Shown here: in pieces, positions 50,437 through 61,220 of the stretch
How positions within the stretch are numbered: the stretch's first letter is position 1
Layout: each line of letters begins with the position of its first letter
NCBI GenBank assembly: GCA_965204085.1
Contig: CBDBEE010000003.1
Location: 1,221,345 to 1,285,344 of the forward strand
DNA length: 64,000 bases
Direction: 5' to 3'
DNA from: Candidatus Poribacteria bacterium
GTDB lineage: Bacteria > Poribacteria > WGA-4E > JAJDTR01
Translations under genes and position numbers: made by a program
The notes under the pieces: model-generated
Seen by the model: the letters and a program-made list of their open reading frames with translations, nothing else
Databases searched by the model: none
Told to the model about the DNA's origin: nothing

Positions 50437-50473
50437 AAAAGCGCTCTGCCCGCAAAGGCGGGGCGCTTTTTTT
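50437..50473 (+). terminator. Rho-independent terminator
   Basis: aaaagcgctctgcc...ggcggggcgcttttttt. Confidence 0.8.
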
Positions 50474-50700
50474 GTTGAAGCCGAAGGTATCGAAAATCGA
50501 GGCTGGAGCTACCCGGAGCCGCGACAAAGTTAATCCCGGCCGAGTAACTATGCGCGACATCCGATTAACCGTTTTGGAATTAGAGTAGCAATAACCCTCC
50601 GAAACCCCGAGCGGATTCTTTTTTGAGTGCAAGTTAAAATGTTTAATAATCGCAACGAATCCATTTATGTGGACGCGCTATCCGTTAACCGATTCATGAT

Positions 50701-52941
50701 CTACCTACCACGTAGGTCGACCTCACTGCCGCCTCTTGACAACCTTCGTAACATCAACGGACACACCTCCCACGCCAGCAACGCGGCACCGAGAATAATG
50801 AGGACATCGCCGGGAAGGCGTAATTTGTTAAGCAGATTGACCAAGTTTCCTTCGTAAAATGCCAAGGATCTAGCGGAGGCGTAATCAACTTGAACGGCTT
50901 CAACTAGCTGAAGTACACCAATTGGAATTACCGAGATTAATAACATGAATCCCAAACCGACATTAAAGAACCAGAAAGAGGCCTTGAGCCGTCTTTCGTT
51001 CCATCCGTCGAATTTCGCGTGACGTGCCGCATAGAGCATCATCCCCAATGCGAGAAAGCCGAATGCGCCGAAAAATGAAGCGTGACCGTGTGCCACGGTG
51101 AGGAAGGTTCCGTGTTCGAAATAGTTTATTATGGGAAGATTAATCAGTAACCCGAGAATCCCCGAACCGATAAATTGCCAGAAAGCAGAGGCAATAAAGA
51201 AATTCAGAGGCAGCCGATGCTGTGTCTCGCAGGCAGCACCCGACTTTAATGTTCGCATAGCACTGGACAACAGAAGGAATAACGGCAATACCTCAAGCGT
51301 GCTGAAGACGCTTCCGATTCCTATCCACAGCGTAGGTTCGCCGACCCACCAATAGTGGTGCCCGATAGCCAAAAAACCCGCAAGCAAAACAAGAGTCCCC
51401 TCAAGGTAAAGACTCTTGGTAACTTCCTCCTTGGTCACCAGACGAAGCCCGGCAAAAAACCAGCCCATTACCAGCAGTTGGAAAAAGGTAAAGATACCCT
51501 CCACCCAGTGGTGAACAACCCACCACCGCCAGAAGTCGATGATGACCCAATGACTGTCGGGACGATAAAGAAAGCTGGCAAAGAACGCCGCAGTGATGCC
51601 GATACTGTTCAGTATCAATAGATTCAGCAGCGGTTTCCAGCGGGTTTGAGCACTTCTCAAGACAGACGTAAGCACAATCGTCCAACACACGAATCCGATG
51701 GCGATTCCCACGCGCCAGAGTCGCCCCATTTCAAGGTATTCCGTACCTTCGCTGCCGATGAGAGACCACGCTGAACCTAACCAACCCCTGATGCTGGCGT
51801 AGACGCCTATCAATGTCCCAACGACAGAAATTGTAAGGATAATCAATGAGAAATAGGTCACGGGGCGATGCCACCGTTTTTCGTATCCGCCTAGGAGAAG
51901 GGAGGCGTAGAGCGCCCCCGACATCCACATTCCGACGACCCAGATCACAGCGGTGGCAGTATGAACAGAGCGTATGCTTTGAAACGGTAGGATTTTCATC
52001 CGCTCAGTTCCCAACCCGTCAAATAGCCCGTAAAAGTCGCCACGGTTGGCGTATGCGTTCGCCAAGTACCCGCCCGCCAGTGTTTGGATCAGGAAAACCA
52101 GCGTGCATGCAGCCAAGAGTAAGAGAGATACTTTTTGAAGGAATGTTAACGGGCTCCGAGTACGTTCTTCAAGCGCTGGGAGTTCCGGTATGGGTTCGAC
52201 ATCTACAAAATTGTAGGCGATCACAATCAGCAGAGCGATAAGCAATACCAGACCAACAGTCCAAGCCGTCCATGTCACCGTGTGTGTGGTTGGCGTCAAA
52301 CCAAGTTCCGGCATGGGTGGAAAGTTGTTTGTATAAGAGCCATCGCTATCCGGACGTGCTGCGACACTAAACCATGCGGTCCAACCCACAAATGCCGCCA
52401 GCGGTTCGACATCATCCGGTCGCAATGTTCCCGACGCCACTCCCAACTCCCGGTCGCCGCCGACGAACCGCTCTTGATAAGTCTTTACAATCTGTCGATG
52501 CGCGGTTGCCCAATTTGATGATACCGTGTAATTATTCGCTGCGTTCTCCAAGCGGATGTCAGTCCGCACCGCATCCATAACCTCGTTGTAAGCATCCGGA
52601 CTCAGATCCGTCGCTGCGCTGCCGAACTGTTCCTGTGCACGCGCTTCAGCGATGAAGTCGCGGAGCAGCGCCAGATACTCCGCCGTGAAGTCCGGGCCAA
52701 AATAGCTGCCGTTGCCAAGAAGTGTACCGAAACCCATAAGATTGTATCTTTGAAAAACCGACTGGCCCGCACGAATGTCGGAACGAGTGAATACGGTTTG
52801 TCCGTCTGCCGTGATGATTTTCTTCGGGATAGGAGGAACGTGGCGGTAGGTTTGCGCTGTGCCCCATATCAGAACAATGCCACTAATAACAATCACAACC
52901 AAGAGTAGGCGATTCATCTGACGAAGCGTTAAGCGCATCAT
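50701..52941 (-). CDS. Quinol-dependent nitric oxide reductase (qNOR/NorZ)-like heme-copper oxidase
   Basis: [45 protein letters not shown]. Confidence 0.9.
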   Translation of the reverse strand: MMRLTLRQMNRLLLVVIVISGIVLIWGTAQTYRHVPPIPKKIITADGQTVFTRSDIRAGQSVFQRYNLMGFGTLLGNGSYFGPDFTAEYLALLRDFIAEARAQEQFGSAATDLSPDAYNEVMDAVRTDIRLENAANNYTVSSNWATAHRQIVKTYQERFVGGDRELGVASGTLRPDDVEPLAAFVGWTAWFSVAARPDSDGSYTNNFPPMPELGLTPTTHTVTWTAWTVGLVLLIALLIVIAYNFVDVEPIPELPALEERTRSPLTFLQKVSLLLLAACTLVFLIQTLAGGYLANAYANRGDFYGLFDGLGTERMKILPFQSIRSVHTATAVIWVVGMWMSGALYASLLLGGYEKRWHRPVTYFSLIILTISVVGTLIGVYASIRGWLGSAWSLIGSEGTEYLEMGRLWRVGIAIGFVCWTIVLTSVLRSAQTRWKPLLNLLILNSIGITAAFFASFLYRPDSHWVIIDFWRWWVVHHWVEGIFTFFQLLVMGWFFAGLRLVTKEEVTKSLYLEGTLVLLAGFLAIGHHYWWVGEPTLWIGIGSVFSTLEVLPLFLLLSSAMRTLKSGAACETQHRLPLNFFIASAFWQFIGSGILGLLINLPIINYFEHGTFLTVAHGHASFFGAFGFLALGMMLYAARHAKFDGWNERRLKASFWFFNVGLGFMLLISVIPIGVLQLVEAVQVDYASARSLAFYEGNLVNLLNKLRLPGDVLIILGAALLAWEVCPLMLRRLSRGGSEVDLRGR

Positions 52942-52973
52942 GACACCTCCTGATTTCTCACAGGACAAATCCT

Positions 52974-53381
52974 CTATTTGTTCCCCTTGGATTGTTTCGT
53001 TCCTGTACCGCCGATGACGATCAGGAACACACTGTCTTCATTGGCACGGACAGAGTGAAGCACATCGCCGGTGAAAACAACTGCCTCGCCATTCTCAAGC
53101 GTAATCTCTTCAGCTTTCGTCGTAAACGTGATATTTCCGCCGAGACAGGTGACCGCGGCAGCGGCAGGCGCCGGATGTTCACTCAGTGAATATCCCGCTT
53201 TAAGCACGGTTAATACGACTGTTAACTCAACGCCGTGCGCCAGTGTTAACGAAGATCGCCCCGCGGCGTTCAATGTTGCTTCTTCCATGAGGTTTTCAGC
53301 CATCGGCAGAAGCGGAAATCCCTGAGTCAGTGATGCGTTCAGGTCTACGGGTCGATAGGGTCGTTCGAATGACGTATTCAT
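52974..53381 (-). CDS. Cupin-domain protein
   Basis: L.AG..L.EHPAP, G.I.F, LHSV.A. Confidence 0.85.
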   Translation of the reverse strand: MNTSFERPYRPVDLNASLTQGFPLLPMAENLMEEATLNAAGRSSLTLAHGVELTVVLTVLKAGYSLSEHPAPAAAAVTCLGGNITFTTKAEEITLENGEAVVFTGDVLHSVRANEDSVFLIVIGGTGTKQSKGNK

Positions 53382-53629
53382 TGTTATTCCTCCAATTATT
53401 CGATTTGAGCATTCCTTGCACTACCGTTAGTCAAAACACGAAAAGTAATGGTTGAACTTCACCAGCTTTTATCAAGGCAAACTTGACTCTTGCGTAGGCA
53501 CTCGCCGACATGCTAGGCAGGAGCGGAATTTGTCGTAGACTGGTGTCACGAATCAACCGAACTAGTTTGGTTGACGGGTACACTTGAAAGAAACTTTCGT
53601 CAATGCGCAGATGATACTTTACAACGAGT

Positions 53630-54490
53630 TTAGACGCTTGCAGCGTTGAAGCCGGTGCGTAGATGCAAATCTCGCTGAGGAAACGGAATCGTTATGTCCT
53701 CTTCTCGGAACGCTTTTACGACGGCAAAATTCAGATCGCTTCGCACAAAATACTGGCGAGCGGGATCCTCGATCCAAACCAGCAAATCAAAGCTGAGTGA
53801 ACTGTCGCCAAAATTCAAGAACTGCACCCGCGGTTCAGGATCCTGCAAGACTTCCGGATGTGCTTCCCCTACTCTTAAGAGAGTTCCTGCGACCAAATCG
53901 ACATCGGCACCGTAAGACACGCCCACATTGACATGAATGCGGACTTTCTCGTCTCGGTAACTCCAATTCGTTACGTTCTCGGAAATGAAATTCGAATTGG
54001 GCACGATAATCGAGACGTTGTCTAGCGTTTCAACCCTTGAACTGCGTGCGCGGATAGCACGAACGGTGCCTTGAACGCCGCTTACCTCAACGAAATCTCC
54101 GACCTGAACCGGGCGCTCGAACAGCAGGATCAGCCCGCTGATAAAATTACTGGTGATATTCTGCAAACCGATCCCCAGACCCACCATCAAAATCGCGCCT
54201 ATCGCAGCCAACGCGGTTAGATTCATCCCCGTCTGGTCAATGGCGATGAATACACCCAATATAATCATCGCATAGTGTAAAATTCGGCATATGGCTTCCT
54301 GCGCTCCTTGTTTAAGGCGTACGCGTGCGAACACTCCGCGCCGCAACAAACGTTGAATCAACCACGACGCCGCGAAGGAGAAAATAATAATTAGCGCCAT
54401 GGTGATTAACAGCGCCGGGGTCACGGCAACTTCGCCTATAGATACAAGTTTTTTTCCCAATACGTCGAACATCTCGTTCAAACTCTTCAT
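53630..54490 (-). CDS. MscS-family mechanosensitive channel
   Basis: GIGLQNITSNFISG, IVPNS, FGDSSL, PFPQRD. Confidence 0.93.
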   Translation of the reverse strand: MKSLNEMFDVLGKKLVSIGEVAVTPALLITMALIIIFSFAASWLIQRLLRRGVFARVRLKQGAQEAICRILHYAMIILGVFIAIDQTGMNLTALAAIGAILMVGLGIGLQNITSNFISGLILLFERPVQVGDFVEVSGVQGTVRAIRARSSRVETLDNVSIIVPNSNFISENVTNWSYRDEKVRIHVNVGVSYGADVDLVAGTLLRVGEAHPEVLQDPEPRVQFLNFGDSSLSFDLLVWIEDPARQYFVRSDLNFAVVKAFREEDITIPFPQRDLHLRTGFNAASV

Positions 54491-56424
54491 GATTCGTCCT
54501 CCGCGACCAACACAATTAGGTCATCCAGTTCGCCCAGAATACACGCATCGTCAGGCTGCGGGTTGAGTCTCAATCTGTGCGTAAGCGTTCGAGCGCCTAG
54601 CACTATTTCGCCGCACTGTTCGGATTTCTCTTTAAGCTGTTCAAAGGGGATCACTTTCCCGGAAACTCCATAATCCGAGACGCGGCGCAAAAATATCTCC
54701 GCACCTCCGGCGCCAAACAGTTCCTCATAAACAACGTTGAGTTCGCGACGCAATGCGACCTGTGCCAGGACATGACTTGTTATGGTTGGTGTCACCAATA
54801 CTTCGGTGTTGATATCGTCAAACAGTTCAATGTTATCCGCATCCATCAAGTCCACCAAAACCTTCGGTTTATTCTGAATTCCCTCTAAGACGTTTTGCAG
54901 CACCAGATGCCCTAAAATTGTCCGGGCATCCGATTCTTCCTGAGTCTCCAGCCAGTGGCTGCCAAGAAGCATGATATTATCATAGCTGCCCGGCTGCATC
55001 GCCTCGAGTTCCGTAGGAGAGGTGTAATCTCCTTCGTGATGAGTCAACTGGACGCAGTGCGTATGGATTCCTCGGCGATTCAACTCGGTCTCTCGTTCCG
55101 TTACAGGAACAAGGGACATGATCGTGATTTCGAACTCCTCACGAACGTACCGTTTGACCTCGTCGAGAAATGCTGCGACCTTGTGATTCCATCCCAAGAT
55201 CAATATCCGTCGATGCTCTCTTACGTATGCAGTAGAAAACTCGCGCCGTTCATCCATGTGATGTGGTAACGAGTCATTCGCAATAATCTCACAATCTTCG
55301 TATTTCCGAGCCAAGAACACGAGGCGATCCGTCGCTGCCAACATCAGTTCTTTAGGTGGGTTTAACAACGGGCGGAAACTCTCGCCATGCGGACGTACGA
55401 CCCCAAGCAAAATCGCGTTTGGAATTGGCAACGTCAAATCGCCGAAACGAGAGCCGGAAAATAGTTCAAATTCGCGTAAAAAAATGGTATATCCGTGGCC
55501 GTGAGATAGGATTTCGTGGAAAACGCCGGACATACCGGGGTGGCGCACGTTCTGCGCCATACACCGCGCGATGAACACATCGCTCGCCAAGACCTCCAGA
55601 ATCCCTTGGTAACCTGCCCGCGCCATGGGAACTTTACGCGGATCGAAGATTTCTGTCACCAGCAGCGGCAGTGATTCTTTGCTGCTGAGTCGGGCGTGTT
55701 TCACGATAGACAGCAACGTTTTGACGATGATCGTGTCAGATTCATTTGCGCTGCCATAAGCAAAGTCGGCTCCCGGCAAGATAATGACGCTCGCGTGGAG
55801 GAAATCCACACGTTCCAAATGTTGAAATATTAACGGTGTGCCCGACCGGAACGTAATTTTTCCAGCTTTCGAGGCTTCACCGAGTGCTCTTCGCAAATCT
55901 ATTGTGTCTTCCAGACTGACATCTTCAGCCAGAATCACGATGTGTAAGTTTCGTGCCCCACGCCGCCGCAAAAAGCGGCGCACGCGTCCTTCGGCATGCA
56001 TCAATTCTTCTACAATGGCGGGGGTTCGATTTGTCCATCCCAAAATCAAAATGTGATTGCGCAAAGCGATTGGGGTGAGACCGCGTTCAAAATCTCGGAT
56101 TTTCTGATTGAGCCACTGCGTCATGATTGCTATCAGTGACCCCATAAATAGCACATAACCGAGCACCGTCAAAACGGATGAGATTGCGCGGCGCGCTATC
56201 CCTTCGTCGTCCCCCAAATATCCGGGATCGGTCAAACGCAAAAACGCCCACCAAACGGCTGATTTATCATCGTCAAACGGGGTGTCCGTCGCCTGTACTA
56301 CGATTCCGCCTGCAATTGCCACTACGCCGACCAATGACGCAATAAACAACAATCGGGCGTAGGCACCGCGCAACAATAGTTGCTCGACCTGAAACTTGAG
56401 CTTATTTTTGAGGCGAATAATCAT
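54487..56424 (-). CDS. CASTOR/POLLUX (DMI1)-like ion channel
   Basis: TM-pore-TM with WWAFLRLTDPGYLGDD, two RCK domains (HILILGW, RRILILGWN). Confidence 0.85.
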   Translation of the reverse strand: MIIRLKNKLKFQVEQLLLRGAYARLLFIASLVGVVAIAGGIVVQATDTPFDDDKSAVWWAFLRLTDPGYLGDDEGIARRAISSVLTVLGYVLFMGSLIAIMTQWLNQKIRDFERGLTPIALRNHILILGWTNRTPAIVEELMHAEGRVRRFLRRRGARNLHIVILAEDVSLEDTIDLRRALGEASKAGKITFRSGTPLIFQHLERVDFLHASVIILPGADFAYGSANESDTIIVKTLLSIVKHARLSSKESLPLLVTEIFDPRKVPMARAGYQGILEVLASDVFIARCMAQNVRHPGMSGVFHEILSHGHGYTIFLREFELFSGSRFGDLTLPIPNAILLGVVRPHGESFRPLLNPPKELMLAATDRLVFLARKYEDCEIIANDSLPHHMDERREFSTAYVREHRRILILGWNHKVAAFLDEVKRYVREEFEITIMSLVPVTERETELNRRGIHTHCVQLTHHEGDYTSPTELEAMQPGSYDNIMLLGSHWLETQEESDARTILGHLVLQNVLEGIQNKPKVLVDLMDADNIELFDDINTEVLVTPTITSHVLAQVALRRELNVVYEELFGAGGAEIFLRRVSDYGVSGKVIPFEQLKEKSEQCGEIVLGARTLTHRLRLNPQPDDACILGELDDLIVLVAEDES

Positions 56425-56479
56425 CTGCTGAAACTGTGACTTCTTCCTAGGAGCGACATCGCAGCAACGCGTTTCGGCT

Positions 56480-58753
56480 CTAGTCAACCGAGATTCGCTC
56501 GCTCGAATGCACGAACAGCACCTCATTGGCTGCGTCGTACGATTGCAGTGCTTGAACCGCTGCTTCCGACTCAAGATCGTCCAGAGTCAAACCGGCAATC
56601 ACCAGGTCCGCTTGTGTGGAGTGCTGCGACACTTCATTCTCCAGCGCCTCCCGACTGTCGCAGGACACGAAGGTTACGTTCTGTCTGGAGATAGGCAGCC
56701 GCCCGTCTTTCATGAATTTCGCCAGTCTCTCTTCTTCGCTGCCGGCGTGCCCGGGGTCAAAGCAGCCAAAGAGCTGGATGTCCGCGCGTTTCCAGTCCGA
56801 GTGTCCCACGATGATGTAGGCGAACAGCAGCATCATCGGAGCGTTCGACAAATTTTCCTCCGTTACCCAGACATGAATCTTCGACTGATATCCGAAGCGA
56901 TAGTTTGTTGACCGCAGCACCAGCACATTGAACATCAGGCTTGCGGCAAGATTCGCGCCTCGACTGATCTCGTTTATTTCGTCGGGGTTCTCTTCGTCGA
57001 ACTCGAGCAATACGCAGTTGTTCGGCAAGCCGGAAATCCCCGGCATCTGCAGGCAATGCTCCATGGCTTCCAAATAGGATGGGGCAACTAGAGAGTCAAC
57101 ATAAATACCCGCTCCGCTCAACTCGCTGCGTTGAACCAAGCCGTCAACGCGGATGCGCGCCTCAATCTCGTTAACGTAGGAATAATCACCTTGGAAGAAC
57201 TGAACGAAATGCCCGAATCCGTGCCGATGGCAGATCCAACGTAGCAGATCGAAGTGCCCGAGTCGCTTTTCGCCGAAGCGCGTCAGCGCCACAATGGAGG
57301 GGCGCCAGCCGCTTTCGGACAAATTGGCTCGGCTTTTCTGCAGGATAATCTGGAGGCGGCGAGTCAACTGAAACATGGACCCTTGGAAAATAGCGCTCAA
57401 TCCCCTCTGTTCGCGCCTCGTGCGTCGAAGTCCGATATATGTCGCCACCATTAGAAAAATGGAAATTAGGGCGTACATCATACTCATCTGCATCATCATT
57501 ATTCCGCACATCACGGCGCCCGCGAGGGACACGTACCAACGAGAATGAAATGTCGGGCGATAGGATGGGTTCCCCGCAAAATACTCAAGGAAGGAAACCA
57601 CACAAAGCGCGCCGTAGGTGACCATGAAGAACATGCTGAGAATTTGCGCAATGAAGTCGATACTGCCGATGGCGACGAAAACCATTGCAATGACGCCCGA
57701 TACGCAGGTCGCGTAAACCGGTTCCTGTGCCAGGCCCCGCCCTTTCTCCAGCAGGCGATTCACCTTGGGAATAGGCAGAACATCGTCGCGGGCGAGGGCT
57801 TGCAGCGTCCTTGGAGCTACCATAAGGGATCCAATCGCCGAGGATAGCGCGGCGGCGCCCAACCCGATATATATCACGGGACCCCACATCGCGATGTCCG
57901 CCATGATGAACTGGTTAGCGGCGAGCGCCTCCGGACTGGCGCTTTGCGCCAGCTTTATAGCCACCAGTACATATATCACCATGCCTGCCAGTGTGGCGCC
58001 GATCGTGCCAAGCGGTATACTGCGCCTGGGGTTTTTCAAATCGCCGGATAACCCAAGTCCGGCTATCATGCCGGTAAATGCCGGAAAACAGGTAGCGAAG
58101 ACGATACCAAAGCTGTCGGCGTCGTCTATGCGAGCAGTGAAGTTCAGCCCTCCCGGCTGTATGGATTCGTTGCCTTCACCGAGCATGAAAAGGGTAATTG
58201 ATGCTGCCAAGATGGCGGCGACACCCCATAACGCCCGTACGCCCAAGTCAGCCCCTCGTATCAACATCAAGAGGACAAGCAATAACGTGCAAGGGCGGCT
58301 TACCCAGCGGGAATCGAGATTCAACCCGTAGGTGAACGCAATCCATTCGTACACCGGCTCAAAAGCTTCCGCGAACGCGACCATGTAGAAGGCTACCGAG
58401 ATAGCCTGAGACAGATACAACGCTATTCCTATCGATCCTCCGATACTTGTGCCGAACGACCTGCTGACAATGTAGTATGCGCCGCCGCCCGCCACGCGGC
58501 GGTTCGTTGCGATCTCGGAAACCGCCAGCACGGTCGGAATCGTCACAAGATGTCCCAGCAGGATTATCATGAGACTGCCCCAAAGCCCGACATGCGCGAC
58601 AGCGTAACCGAACCGCAGGAATAGGATTGCCCCTAATATGGTGCTGATGGATGCGAGAAAAACGGGCGCCGTTCCGAAGCTGTGACCTGCTCGGGCATAT
58701 GCGACTGCATCGCGGCGCTCAGAACGGGATTTTCTACCGGCTTTTGTAAACAT
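56480..58753 (-). CDS. SLC12/cation-chloride cotransporter-like APC permease
   Basis: AVSEIATN, GGGAYYIVSRSFG, FPAFTGM.AG..LSGDL, P.YRPTF, WRP in C-domain. Confidence 0.88.
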   Translation of the reverse strand: MFTKAGRKSRSERRDAVAYARAGHSFGTAPVFLASISTILGAILFLRFGYAVAHVGLWGSLMIILLGHLVTIPTVLAVSEIATNRRVAGGGAYYIVSRSFGTSIGGSIGIALYLSQAISVAFYMVAFAEAFEPVYEWIAFTYGLNLDSRWVSRPCTLLLVLLMLIRGADLGVRALWGVAAILAASITLFMLGEGNESIQPGGLNFTARIDDADSFGIVFATCFPAFTGMIAGLGLSGDLKNPRRSIPLGTIGATLAGMVIYVLVAIKLAQSASPEALAANQFIMADIAMWGPVIYIGLGAAALSSAIGSLMVAPRTLQALARDDVLPIPKVNRLLEKGRGLAQEPVYATCVSGVIAMVFVAIGSIDFIAQILSMFFMVTYGALCVVSFLEYFAGNPSYRPTFHSRWYVSLAGAVMCGIMMMQMSMMYALISIFLMVATYIGLRRTRREQRGLSAIFQGSMFQLTRRLQIILQKSRANLSESGWRPSIVALTRFGEKRLGHFDLLRWICHRHGFGHFVQFFQGDYSYVNEIEARIRVDGLVQRSELSGAGIYVDSLVAPSYLEAMEHCLQMPGISGLPNNCVLLEFDEENPDEINEISRGANLAASLMFNVLVLRSTNYRFGYQSKIHVWVTEENLSNAPMMLLFAYIIVGHSDWKRADIQLFGCFDPGHAGSEEERLAKFMKDGRLPISRQNVTFVSCDSREALENEVSQHSTQADLVIAGLTLDDLESEAAVQALQSYDAANEVLFVHSSERISVD

Positions 58754-58921
58754 AAATCAAATAGTCCTTTCGATTCGAGCCCGAGATAGTTTACGTTGCT
58801 CAAGACGGCATCCATGACGGGAGTAACTCAAATCCGAAACCGTAGTTCTGAGGAATCCGCCAGAATCAATGCGTCGCAGCGATTGTGATATGTCAATAGT
58901 GTCTTGTCGTCTGATGAGCGC

Positions 58922-59839
58922 TTAATTGGATTGGCTCTCATCATACATCGGCGGCAGAGACGCTGTATTGGACAGTCGATATTCTACGGCCGAATGGGGG
59001 TAAGCAAAACCGACGTGAGGGCTATTTGAAAATGCCTCCATTACCTTTGCGACAATTTGAGTGGATATCCTCTGTCGATCCACGGCAATCGATCGATAGC
59101 GCAAGCGCATCAAAATTCCCGAGTCGAAGAATTCGGCGCGCACCTCCGGCTCCAAGCCGGTTTCTTGGATTATCTCCGATGTGACCTCTCTTGCGCAGGA
59201 AATCAGTGTCTGCTCCGCCAACTTATAATCCGAATCGTAGGACACGCGCACCGGCACCTCGTCCAGGATATATTTCGCCTCCTCCGACACCGCGTAGTTA
59301 ATCACCATCTGATCGAACAGTATCGCATTGGGAATCAGAATCCCTCGATTGGAGGACTCTTCACCGCCTATTGTGCCTCCGACTTCCCCCAACATGATGT
59401 GTGTGGGCGATATGTCCAACACATCGCCTCTTACGCCCTGCACAATAATGCGGTCGCCAATGACAAAAGGGCGCTTAATCATCACCATCAGCCAGGCCGC
59501 GACACCGGTAACGGGACGCTGCAGCGACCAACCCAGAATCATGCTGATAAATGCAACCGTTAAACCCATGGCGGCTAGGGAGCCCGACATACTAACGATG
59601 ATGAAGACAATTCCTACCAACATGAAGGAGTACCGCCACATCGACAAGAACTGACTCACCTGCGATTCGGTGCGATTCTGCCTTCGCATGGCAGCTATGA
59701 TTAAACTCTTGGACACCCTATAGGCGATTAACAACGCCACCAGAATCAGAATTGCATAGACGAAACTGATTACAGCGTCTCCTAGTAGCGAAGCCATTGA
59801 GTTGTTAAGTTCCCCCCACAAATTGTTCAATGCATTCAT
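58922..59839 (-). CDS. MscS-family mechanosensitive channel
   Basis: GWSLQ.P, RPF.IGDRI, IPN; RBS GGAGG. Confidence 0.85.
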   Translation of the reverse strand: MNALNNLWGELNNSMASLLGDAVISFVYAILILVALLIAYRVSKSLIIAAMRRQNRTESQVSQFLSMWRYSFMLVGIVFIIVSMSGSLAAMGLTVAFISMILGWSLQRPVTGVAAWLMVMIKRPFVIGDRIIVQGVRGDVLDISPTHIMLGEVGGTIGGEESSNRGILIPNAILFDQMVINYAVSEEAKYILDEVPVRVSYDSDYKLAEQTLISCAREVTSEIIQETGLEPEVRAEFFDSGILMRLRYRSIAVDRQRISTQIVAKVMEAFSNSPHVGFAYPHSAVEYRLSNTASLPPMYDESQSN

Positions 59840-60014
59840 ACATACCTCCCCTATACAGCCCGTTAGTAAAAATGTCAATCCAAATGGTTTACTTGAGACA
59901 ACCTTTACAAATTTGTAGTCTAAATTTGCGTTGGCATTCCACTGTTCTCAAATCCGAGGAGCGTATACTATAGCACGTCTACTTCAGATTTTCAACGATT
60001 AGCATTTGTGTCGT

Positions 60015-60248
60015 CAGGGGAAACGCATCTAAATTTTCTGCCTGACAAAAAAGCAAATCAGGCTAAGTCTGTGATAAATTTTAGGGGTTGTAGGTTGGGT
60101 TGAACGGAATTCGTTAGTGATCGCTAATCTTAGAGGCGTTTCCGAGTCCCCACTTTGCATAAACACGCCAAAAATATGAGTGAAACCCAACAGAAATCGT
60201 AAATTCTACCGCCATGAGACATCCTCTAAATTAGATGCGTTTCCCCTG
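60015..60248. mobile_element. 234-bp MITE with 18-bp TIRs (ISAs1-like ends) and an internal long REP
   Basis: caggggaaacgcatctaa / ttagatgcgtttcccctg; no TSD seen. Confidence 0.75.
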
Positions 60249-60267
60249 TCCGTGACCTAAAAATCAT

Positions 60268-60297
60268 TTGACAATCCGCGAAGGGAACATGTATAAT
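60268..60297 (+). promoter_or_regulatory. Sigma70 promoter of the tRNA cluster
   Basis: TTGACA-18 nt-TATAAT, 14 nt before tRNA-Thr. Confidence 0.75.
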
Positions 60298-60311
60298 TCC
60301 CCCTTGCGTCT

Positions 60312-60386
60312 GCTGGCGTGGCTCAATGGTAGAGCAGGTGATTTGTAATCACCAGGTTGGAGGTTCGATTCCTCTCGCCAGCTCCA
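60312..60386 (+). tRNA. tRNA-Thr(TGT)
   Basis: Cloverleaf, anticodon arm ggtga-tttgtaa-tcacc, encoded CCA. Confidence 0.95.
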
Positions 60387-60398
60387 GTCCCACAGTGC

Positions 60399-60481
60399 GG
60401 GGAGGTACTCAAGCGGTCAACGAGGGCAGACTGTAAATCTGTTGGCTATAGCCTACGGAGGTTCGAATCCTTCCCTCCCCA
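60399..60481 (+). tRNA. tRNA-Tyr(GTA)
   Basis: Anticodon loop ctgtaaa, long variable arm, GTTCGAATCC. Confidence 0.95.
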
Positions 60482-60510
60482 TCCTTTCCTCCATTCCTAT
60501 TTGACAGCGT

Positions 60511-60583
60511 GCGGGAGTAGCTCAGTTGGTAGAGCATTGGCCTTCCAAGCCGATTGTCGCGGGTTCAAGTCCCGTCTCCCGCT
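60511..60583 (+). tRNA. tRNA-Gly(TCC)
   Basis: gcgggag/ctcccgc acceptor stem, anticodon loop cttccaa. Confidence 0.95.
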
Positions 60584-60692
60584 TCGCCGCGCAGCTATTC
60601 GGATTCCTAAGGTTGTGAGGTGGGACACATCGAGATAAATTCCCCGAAATTGGGCGCAAAGCCCCTGTTAGGTGTATAACAAACAACTCATC

Positions 60693-60780
60693 GGAGAGAT
60701 GCAGGAGATGGCTGAACTGGCATGATTGGAAATCATGTGTGCAGGCAACTGTACCGTGGGTTCGAATCCCACTCTCTCCG
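60693..60780 (+). tRNA. tRNA-Ser(GGA)
   Basis: ggagaga acceptor stem, catga-ttggaaa-tcatg, long variable arm. Confidence 0.92.
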
Positions 60781-60800
60781 CCTTTAATATGCAGTAACGC

Positions 60801-61078
60801 CTTGGCTATGCTAAGTGGGGAGGTAGCGGTGCCCTGAACCTGCAAACCGCTTTAGCAGGACTGAAATCCTATTGAGCGGCGGATTACTTTTGGGGTCTGA
60901 CCCAAGTAAGTGGTGTTGAAGATTGGGTCCTGAGCAACTCGAACTTATCAAACTCCGTCAGGTCTGGAAGGAAGCAGCGGTAGATAGGTCTTCGGGTGTG
61001 ACGCAGGGTAGCCTCATCGGAGCTAACTGTTTGGGTAACGCTTGGGAGAATCCGTCAATCTTTCGGTGCATAGCCAAG
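60801..61078 (+). ncRNA. ffs: Large bacterial SRP RNA (with Alu domain)
   Basis: Closing helix cttggctatgc/gcatagccaag; Alu-like ggggaggtagcggtgccctg..cctgcaa.ccgc; helix 8 tcaggtctggaaggaagcagc; upstream of dnaX. Confidence 0.93.
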
Positions 61079-61220
61079 ATTTTTGGGGCGGTTTTGTGAA
61101 TCGGAGAGGAGTTCTGTGGAATGAGGTTTATCGCTGTCGTCTGATTTTGCAGAGTCGCGACCTGGAGATCGCTCCTACCTCGTCGTTTAGCCGGTTGATT
61201 GGTTGTAGAAGAGTGAAGCC

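Noticed and set aside
50660-50700. Possible further cassette after the qNOR stop (minus strand gatcatgaatcggttaacggatagcg)
   Set aside because: Needs gaps to align and lacks the GATAG..TCCC end.
50701-52941. NO dismutase (Nod) assignment
   Set aside because: The GHH pair of FeB ligands is intact, unlike the His-substituted Nod signature.
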